Shown here one piece after another: positions 1 through 4,243 of a stretch of DNA of 6,149 nt. Under the pieces are notes generated by a model. The model had not been told where the DNA came from. It did no database searches and was given only the letters and a program-made list of their open reading frames with translations. The stretch lies in the IMG/VR virus record IMGVR_UViG_3300029214_000058, positions 1 through 6,149 of that record. The stretch is one strand, 5' to 3'. The position numbers and the translations under genes were made by a program. Source of the stretch: a virus. Every line of letters begins with the position of its first letter. The first letter of the stretch is position 1.

Positions 1-99
1 ACACTTAATCCTGCCTTTTCCATTTCGTTTCTTTGTGCTCCAAAATTTGTATCTTTCCACATTTGTAGATTCCGTTTATATTCAGCGTCTGCTGCCTGT
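1..99. repeat. Terminal direct repeat, copy 1. It is the assembly overlap of a circular genome and is identical to 6051..6149.
   Basis: Base-by-base comparison shows 1..99 (acacttaatcctgcc...gctgcctgt) equals 6051..6149. The repeat lies inside one continuous minus-strand reading frame (VP2). A 99-nt exact overlap is typical of a k-mer overlap left on circular contigs. Confidence 0.95.
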
Positions 100-311
100 T
101 GTCCGTAGTTGTATTGTAGACCCATTCCTTCTTTTTCATACTCCCATGCTTGTTGCATTAGTTTCTGTTGGTTTTTGAGTCCGTTATTGTTTCTTTTGAA
201 TAGACCTCCTAGTAGTCCTAGACCACCACTGACTATTGATCCTATTCCTCCGGTTACAGCTCCTGCTAATCCCGAGGTTGCTGCATTTGCTAATGTTGCT
301 CCTAATCCCAT
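1..311 (-). CDS. VP2: VP2 minor capsid / DNA pilot protein, N-terminal segment. It continues across the circular junction into 5285..6050.
   Basis: Minus-strand ATG at 311..309 is preceded by an in-frame TAA eight codons upstream. My translation is MGLGATLANAATSGLAGAVTGGIGSIVSGGLGLLGGLFKRNNNGLKNQQKLMQQAWEYEKEGMGLQYNYGQQAADAEYKRNLQ. It runs in frame into MWKDTNFGAQRNEMEKAGLSV, the start of the track ORF 5285..6112 (311-62=249, divisible by 3). The rejoined length is 311+766=1077 nt, giving 358 aa. The ORF track misses this segment because it runs off the window edge. Confidence 0.8.
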   Translation of the reverse strand, partial: MGLGATLANAATSGLAGAVTGGIGSIVSGGLGLLGGLFKRNNNGLKNQQKLMQQAWEYEKEGMGLQYNYGQQAADAEYKRNLQMWKDTNFGAQRNEMEKAGLS

Positions 312-367
312 GATAATAAATTTTTACGTTCTTCGAGCTTACTTTTGAAGAAGCTCTACCTATATTT

Positions 368-395
368 ACTTGATATAATATGCTATATGCGTACT
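368..395 (-). other. dif-like 28-bp sequence, a candidate XerC/D-type recombination site (attP).
   Basis: The minus strand reads AGTACGCATAT-AGCATA-TTATATCAAGT. E. coli dif is GGTGCGCATAA-TGTATA-TTATGTTAAAT. My hand alignment gives 8/11, 4/6 and 8/11 matches, 20/28 in total. It lies in the intergenic region between the terminator hairpin and the VP2 start. Confidence 0.35.
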
Positions 396-411
396 GCGCT
401 TTTTTGGCTTT

Positions 412-440
412 AAAAAGCGGACATAAATATTTACATCCGC
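412..440 (-). terminator. Intrinsic-terminator-like hairpin plus U-run downstream of the VP1/ORF112 unit.
   Basis: The minus strand reads GCGGAUGUAA-AUAU-UUAUGUCCGC followed by UUUUU (416..412). The stem is 10 bp and includes two G.U pairs. Those pairs become C.A mismatches on the plus strand, so the fold is favoured on the coding-strand transcript. It begins 35 nt after the ORF112 stop. Confidence 0.5.
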
Positions 441-474
441 CCTTTTCGCATATAGTGTTCGTAGTCGTACCCGA

Positions 475-813
475 CTAGTTGTCTCTAGTTGGATTTGGTT
501 CAGTTGTTCCTCCTTCTGTTTGACCTTCAGCTGTCTTTGGTGCTTCGGCTTCTCCCTTTTTGAGGTACTCGTTTAATTTGTAGTTGTTCACTCTATCCAT
601 TGCGTCCATAGCTAAAGCCCACTTGTCCGTTCGTACGTTGCAATCTTCTCTTACTCCTGCCTGTTTAGGCGTGTAGATCATAGGCGCTCCGTCGGTTAGC
701 GGTTCGTTTTCATCGAGAATTCTTTGGATCTTTTTGATCAAGGTTTCGCCTTTTTCTGTTATCTCGATCATTCCCTTGAAGTTATTTACTCTTATTTTGT
801 TAATTGTTTTCAT
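475..813 (-). CDS. Hypothetical 112-aa protein between VP1 and VP2; possible structural or scaffolding accessory protein.
   Basis: The ATG at 813 lies 2 nt after the VP1 stop (816..818 TAA), suggesting translational coupling. It is on the same strand as all core genes. The central segment PLTDGAPMIYTPKQAGVREDCNVRTDKWALAMDAMDRV resembles a motif I recall from hypothetical proteins in other metagenomic microviruses; this is unverified. The C-terminal tail is acidic and Thr/Glu/Gly-rich. Confidence 0.65.
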   Translation of the reverse strand: MKTINKIRVNNFKGMIEITEKGETLIKKIQRILDENEPLTDGAPMIYTPKQAGVREDCNVRTDKWALAMDAMDRVNNYKLNEYLKKGEAEAPKTAEGQTEGGTTEPNPTRDN

Positions 814-815
814 AA

Positions 816-2795
816 TTATAAGAATGGAATTTGTTTAGCACTATAGTTACCTCGTCTCGTCGCCTGTACCACTGTTTGTACCCAGAAGTTTTGGCTGTCT
901 ATTGATGTATCAGCAAAGATCTCGATGTATTTCTGTGGATCAATGTATGTAGTCAGATCTTCGATCGTGTTATTACTACCTACCTCGTAACGTCTGTTGA
1001 GCACCATAAAGTCTAAGGCTTCTCCTGCCGCAAAATCTCCGTATGTACGGTTGTAGTTGGTCATGTAGTCTATCCATGCTACGGTTTTGTTTGCTGCTAG
1101 GTGTTTTAAGTTTGATATACTAGATCCTCCATTGTATGTGGATGTTTCTCCGACCATTTGTTCTTGAATTAGATCTTGGTATCCGATTCCGTCGAGCGCT
1201 GGTTTATGTAGATCGTCGATTGTTTGTAAATTTAAATCGAAGTCGTTGCCTTGTGAATAATCGACCATTGGTGTGATAGCCATTAATCCCATGATATATC
1301 CTGGCTCTTCGCATTGATAATGTATGTGTCCGTTATTGAGCGGCTTTCCTCCTCTTCCGATTGCTGCAATATCTCCAAGTGGTTGACTACCGTATTCTGT
1401 TTCTGTTGCACTTTTTGATATTACTTCGTCGAATTCGATATATTGTGTCATACCTCCGATAAATACAGGTGTTTCGGGTCTGTCGAGATATTTTCCTGCT
1501 GTGTATACCGTTTCCAGCCAATCTCGATATGTGCCTCCCGACACTGCGATTCTGTTTAACATATTGTAGACTTTCTGTTGTAGGTTCAGTGCATCCATTG
1601 TCAACTTTCCGTCATTGGCTGTGATGTCAATGCTTGTTATTTCTGTGATACCTCCTGCTCCATCGATCCAATCTGTTTGTATCCAGTTATTGAAGATGTC
1701 GCTGTCGTATGTTTTTAACAACATTCCGCCTAGTTTATTTGCTTGAGAATTTACTAGATCCCCGAACATTGATTGTAATTCTGTTGATCCTCCATTATTT
1801 GTGTTTAGGTTTTCTCCGTAAAGTATTAATTTTTCGTTACCCTTTTTGTGTAAGATTACATCTCTAATTTGATCAAGCAATTTTAGATCGTATTGACCTA
1901 ATTCGGTTTTTATGAAATTAGCTGTCTCTTTTGTCGTGAAAAATTGGAGTATTGTTGCGTATGGGTCAGCGCTAATTTTGTTTAGAGTAATATTTGCAAT
2001 TTTTGGGTTAGATGTCAGCTCACTTATTCTTTTGGTATATAAACCTCCATCACTTTCAAGTATTTTTACTTTTAAACTATTCCAAAAATTCGTGTAATCG
2101 TTTAAGATTACGCCTGCCGTTATAATAGTCGTTTTTGTTACATTTATGCTATTTTGGTCTTTTCCGATAATGTATACTTTGTCGTTTTCGTTATTATATG
2201 TTTTTGCAAAAACTAATTTTACCTCTCCTGCTCCTTTTAGCATGTAAAATTTCTTTTCCTGTGTGTTTGCGAAGAAATTTTTAAATATGTCTAGGTATAA
2301 AAGCAATGGGACTCCATTTTTTTCTACTCCTTGTGTTGCGCTAGCTCCTGTTCTTCTTGATTTACTCCATCCAAGGTATTTGTATAATGCTGATGCCGAA
2401 ATATTTGTTTTTGCTTCTGTTGCTGTTCCGTAAGTTTTGGCGAGCATTGTCGGCAATTTGATGTCACTCATTTTCATACCAATACCTGTTCGGTTATTGT
2501 GTAACCAACTGTTGTATAACCGGAAACCTCCGAAGAACATGAAGTGTTGCAGTTTGAATGATCCGAACAACGCCCCTAGTGTTGGTTGGCTTAGTGTTTT
2601 ATTGATTAGATTCAAATCGATGATATCTCCTTTTTGACAGAGTATTTTACAGAATGGTACAAGCATTCCTACTCCGAGTGAAGTTCTGCATACCGTTGAT
2701 ATATCATGAGTAGACATGTCATAGTCTCTCATCGCAACTTTCATTTTATTGTTGTCGCCTAGTGTATTTTTACCTAAGGTTCTTGTAATTGACAT
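816..2795 (-). CDS. VP1: VP1 major capsid protein (F-like jelly-roll capsid protein of Microviridae).
   Basis: At 659 aa it is the largest ORF. The N-terminal pattern STHDISTVCRTSLGVGMLVPFCKILCQKGDIIDL followed by FKLQHFMFFGGFRLYNSWLHNN matches the conserved N-terminal block of gokushovirus/alpavirus VP1 as I recall it. The size fits non-phiX microvirus capsid proteins that carry a large surface insertion. Genome context includes VP2 and VP4. Confidence 0.93.
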   Translation of the reverse strand: MSITRTLGKNTLGDNNKMKVAMRDYDMSTHDISTVCRTSLGVGMLVPFCKILCQKGDIIDLNLINKTLSQPTLGALFGSFKLQHFMFFGGFRLYNSWLHNNRTGIGMKMSDIKLPTMLAKTYGTATEAKTNISASALYKYLGWSKSRRTGASATQGVEKNGVPLLLYLDIFKNFFANTQEKKFYMLKGAGEVKLVFAKTYNNENDKVYIIGKDQNSINVTKTTIITAGVILNDYTNFWNSLKVKILESDGGLYTKRISELTSNPKIANITLNKISADPYATILQFFTTKETANFIKTELGQYDLKLLDQIRDVILHKKGNEKLILYGENLNTNNGGSTELQSMFGDLVNSQANKLGGMLLKTYDSDIFNNWIQTDWIDGAGGITEITSIDITANDGKLTMDALNLQQKVYNMLNRIAVSGGTYRDWLETVYTAGKYLDRPETPVFIGGMTQYIEFDEVISKSATETEYGSQPLGDIAAIGRGGKPLNNGHIHYQCEEPGYIMGLMAITPMVDYSQGNDFDLNLQTIDDLHKPALDGIGYQDLIQEQMVGETSTYNGGSSISNLKHLAANKTVAWIDYMTNYNRTYGDFAAGEALDFMVLNRRYEVGSNNTIEDLTTYIDPQKYIEIFADTSIDSQNFWVQTVVQATRRGNYSAKQIPFL

Positions 2796-2798
2796 AAT

Positions 2799-3032
2799 TT
2801 ATTCTTCCTCTTTTTTTGATACTTCTTTTTGTTTTTCTTCCCATTGATCTGCTTCTTTGCAAGCGTAGATCAGTGCTGCCACTAGATTCCAATCTGTTGC
2901 GTCGATTACTTTTTGAGCTTCTTCTTCCGATTGAAATACTTGCTTAGTAGCCAAGTGATTACCAATAGTAATGATAACTTCATCTGATTCTGCGTCTTTT
3001 TTTCTAATTTTAAATGCTTCTTTTAAGTCCAT
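2799..3032 (-). CDS. Hypothetical 77-aa acidic protein immediately upstream of VP1.
   Basis: ATG start at 3032. The TAA stop at 2799 lies 3 nt before the VP1 ATG. It is on the same strand, has no similarity I can recognise, and has a Glu/Lys-rich C-terminus. Confidence 0.55.
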   Translation of the reverse strand: MDLKEAFKIRKKDAESDEVIITIGNHLATKQVFQSEEEAQKVIDATDWNLVAALIYACKEADQWEEKQKEVSKKEEE

Positions 3033-3037
3033 GATTT

Positions 3038-3238
3038 TTATTTTTTTGGGTTAATATTGATTTGTGTACTGTCAACCGAGCTGGTTGTTGTTTGTTCGGT
3101 TTTTTGAGTACTGTTGCTGTTATTTTTACTCACGCTTAGTGACATAGTACAGCTTTGTGCTGTCAGTACTGCTGCAATACTGATGATTGCGGTACATATG
3201 ATTTTAATAATTTCGTAAATGATTTTTTTCTTATCCAT
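3038..3238 (-). CDS. Small putative lipoprotein or single-pass membrane protein (66 aa from ATG 3238).
   Basis: The track start at 3268 is TTG. The first ATG is at 3238 and overlaps the upstream ORF stop as ATGGATAA. From that Met the sequence has a basic n-region (MDKKK) and a hydrophobic stretch (IIYEIIKIICTAIISIAAVLTA). The sequence QSC then follows; its Cys codon TGT is at 3151..3149, giving a lipobox-like signal peptidase II signature. The 37-aa mature part is Ser/Thr/Asn/Gln-rich. Confidence 0.55.
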   Translation of the reverse strand: MDKKKIIYEIIKIICTAIISIAAVLTAQSCTMSLSVSKNNSNSTQKTEQTTTSSVDSTQININPKK

Positions 3239-3497
3239 CTTTAAATAATTTAAGTTGTTGTTTTTCAATCCATTTTTTATATTTCTCGATTACGTCGTAA
3301 GTTTTGACACATAATAACCTCCTTTCTTGTTTAATTAATTTATATATTTTCATTATTTGATCTTCATTGATTTCCCATACTTCTTCCTCTGTACTTACGT
3401 CCATGTTAAAATAGGCGTAGGTCTTCATATTTTTAAAAGTAGTAAACTCTTTGTTACGAAAGATATATTTACTCTGTTTTTTTCTCTTCTTTATCAT
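3231..3497 (-). CDS. Hypothetical 88-aa protein with a basic N-terminus.
   Basis: ATG at 3497 and TAA at 3231. It overlaps the preceding ORF by 29 nt and the following one by 8 nt. The N-terminus MIKKRKKQSKYIFRNK is strongly basic. An alternative ATG at 3428 (Met24) would remove the upstream overlap. Confidence 0.5.
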   Translation of the reverse strand: MIKKRKKQSKYIFRNKEFTTFKNMKTYAYFNMDVSTEEEVWEINEDQIMKIYKLIKQERRLLCVKTYDVIEKYKKWIEKQQLKLFKDG

Positions 3498-3675
3498 TTT
3501 TTATCATTATTTTATTGGTTTCTACGATACATACGAGTTCGTTTATCTCGTCATTGTTTAATTCGGTTGCGATACCTATCGCTGTTTTGTACGTCCATTT
3601 TGCTTCCAAATTAAATAATACAATTTGATTGGTCGCTTTGTTTCTTTTGATAATTGTCCAATTTGTTGCTGCCAT
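3469..3675 (-). CDS. Hypothetical 68-aa protein.
   Basis: ATG at 3675 and TAA at 3469. It is on the same strand as the core genes and 19 nt downstream of the previous ORF stop. I recognise no motif. Confidence 0.45.
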   Translation of the reverse strand: MAATNWTIIKRNKATNQIVLFNLEAKWTYKTAIGIATELNNDEINELVCIVETNKIMIKNDKEEKKTE

Positions 3676-3694
3676 AATTTTTGAATTTTAAATG

Positions 3695-3877
3695 TTAATA
3701 ACTTATTGATAATATTTTGAAATTATTTCCATAGTTTTCTTTTAGATACTTTTTAGCTTGTCTCCTCGCCGCCACTCTATTTATTGCTGTAAACCATGTT
3801 GTACAAATATCGTAGTGATTGTTTGGATATAACACTTTAAATGTACATTTAAATGCTGGGTTCCAATTATCTCTCAT
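3695..3877 (-). CDS. Hypothetical 60-aa protein, the first ORF after the predicted promoter.
   Basis: ATG at 3877 follows an A-rich leader (aacaaaaacaaaaaaatt). It lies about 60 nt downstream of the TAnnTTTG box. TAA at 3695. Confidence 0.45.
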   Translation of the reverse strand: MRDNWNPAFKCTFKVLYPNNHYDICTTWFTAINRVAARRQAKKYLKENYGNNFKILSISY

Positions 3878-3938
3878 AATTTTTTTGTTTTTGTTGTTTC
3901 GTTAGAAACGGTTAATACTCTTGTTTTTTTTAACATTG

Positions 3939-3969
3939 CAAATATACGTATATATTTTGATTCTCCAAA
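3939..3969 (-). promoter_or_regulatory. Bacteroidetes-type promoter: -33 TTTG and -7 TAnnTTTG.
   Basis: The minus strand reads TTTG (3969..3966), a 19-nt spacer (gagaatcaaaatatatacg), then TATATTTG (3946..3939). This matches the Bacteroides consensus of TTTG plus TAnnTTTG with the expected spacing of roughly 19-21 bp. In my scan it is the only intergenic CAAAnnTA match; the one other match (5039..5046, inside VP4) lacks a correctly spaced TTTG. A 12-bp perfect palindrome ATATACGTATAT (3942..3953) overlaps the -7 box. Confidence 0.45.
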
Positions 3970-4030
3970 TTTTCTCTGATTTTTATAACTTTTCTTAACG
4001 TTTCCATAGCGCCAGCGACAAATAAGGGGT

Positions 4031-4110
4031 TCTAGGGGCATACCCCTAGAGCGTTAGCACCTTGATATCGCCAAAGGCGCATACCACGACCTTTGGTTGG
4101 GTACACGCCT
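4031..4110 (-). other. GC-rich hairpin cluster in the main intergenic region; candidate complementary-strand origin or structured element.
   Basis: Hairpin 1 pairs 4031-4038 with 4043-4050 (8 perfect bp, tctagggg/cccctaga, 4-nt loop). Hairpin 2 pairs 4071-4077 with 4090-4096 (7 bp, ccaaagg/cctttgg, 12-nt loop). An alternative 11-bp stem pairs 4075-4085 with 4100-4110; its two non-Watson-Crick positions are G.T on the minus strand but C.A on the plus strand. My hand count gives 55 G+C in 4011..4110, in an otherwise AT-rich genome. Confidence 0.5.
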
Positions 4111-4138
4111 GTCCTTAATCGGATATTGTAGGTAGCTG

Positions 4139-4169
4139 TCCTTCTGCTTTTCTCTACCCTTTCCTCCCT
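4139..4169 (-). other. Polypurine (viral strand) / polypyrimidine tract.
   Basis: Plus strand tccttctgcttttctctaccctttcctccct has 29 of 31 pyrimidines. The minus strand reads AGGGAGGAAAGGGTAGAGAAAAGCAGAAGGA. Confidence 0.6.
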
Positions 4170-4202
4170 GTAAAATTAAAATAAAGCCTGCTGCATAGTG
4201 TA

Positions 4203-4243
4203 GTCCGTTCGTTACGGACAAGACGTTTTCGTGAGACGAAAAC
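4203..4243 (-). terminator. Tandem hairpins at or after the VP4 stop codon; possible terminator or processing or origin-associated structure.
   Basis: Read along the minus strand from the VP4 TAG, the first hairpin is GTTTTCGT-CTC-ACGAAAAC (4243..4225, 8 bp, 3-nt loop), whose first base (4243) is the G of the TAG stop (4245..4243). The second is GTCCGT-AACGA-ACGGAC (4219..4203, 6 bp). No immediate U-run follows; a T-rich stretch lies about 20 nt further on. Confidence 0.3.

Noticed and set aside
1-99. The terminal direct repeats (1..99 and 6051..6149) as a biological LTR, a terminal redundancy, or the att duplication of an inserted element.
   Set aside because: The repeat lies inside a single continuous reading frame (VP2) that only makes sense when the ends are joined. 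An exact 99-nt overlap is the usual signature of a circular contig from a k-mer assembler. Microviridae genomes are circular and have no terminal redundancy.
109-348. Plus-strand 79-aa ORF (MYCRPIPSF...).
   Set aside because: It is exactly antisense to the N-terminal coding segment of VP2, which joins in frame to the rest of VP2 across the junction. Its Pro/Ser/Leu-rich low-complexity composition is a mirror of Gly/Ala codons on the other strand.
331-356. A 6-bp hairpin (gagctt/aagctc, 10-nt loop) upstream of VP2 as a regulatory element or promoter for VP2.
   Set aside because: The stem is short and AT-rich with a large loop. No TAnnTTTG or TTTG promoter elements lie nearby, and it is indistinguishable from chance.
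3238-3268. The longer 76-aa form of the membrane protein ORF, starting at 3268.
   Set aside because: The codon at 3268 is TTG and would create a 38-nt overlap. The ATG at 3238 gives a canonical n-region/h-region/Cys signal peptide and the compact ATGGATAA stop-start overlap.
3469-3497. Programmed frameshift or transcriptional slippage at the A7 run (3477..3483) that would fuse the 68-aa and 88-aa ORFs.
   Set aside because: The downstream frame is +1 relative to the upstream frame. The sequence does not form a canonical X XXY YYZ heptamer in the upstream frame, the A-run is short for efficient slippage, and the 88-aa ORF has its own ATG. A simple overlap with coupled reinitiation explains the arrangement.
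4061-4068. CTTGATAT, an 8-mer identical to the core of the phiX174 origin (CAACTTG/ATATTAATAAC), located between the two GC hairpins.
   Set aside because: It is on the window plus strand, which is the non-viral, non-coding strand, whereas Rep must nick the viral strand. The flanking bases do not continue the phiX origin match. An 8-mer is expected by chance at appreciable frequency in about 12 kb of two-strand sequence. It is worth including in a nicking assay but is not supportable as an origin.
4011-4110. A tRNA or other known small RNA gene in the GC-rich island.
   Set aside because: I could draw no cloverleaf on either strand. There is no acceptor-stem complement, no 7-nt T-loop with a GTTC-like motif, and the hairpin loops are 4 and 12 nt.
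4071-4110. An H-type pseudoknot formed by the 4075-4085/4100-4110 stem and the 4071-4077/4090-4096 stem.
   Set aside because: The two stems share 3 nt. Even when trimmed, the connecting loop that must cross the 8-bp stem has zero length, which is sterically impossible. They are better described as alternative, mutually exclusive hairpins.
4160-4169. GGAGG in the polypurine tract as a Shine-Dalgarno site for an unannotated small ORF.
   Set aside because: No ATG, GTG or TTG lies within a usable distance downstream on the minus strand, no ORF follows, and the other genes in this genome lack SD motifs.
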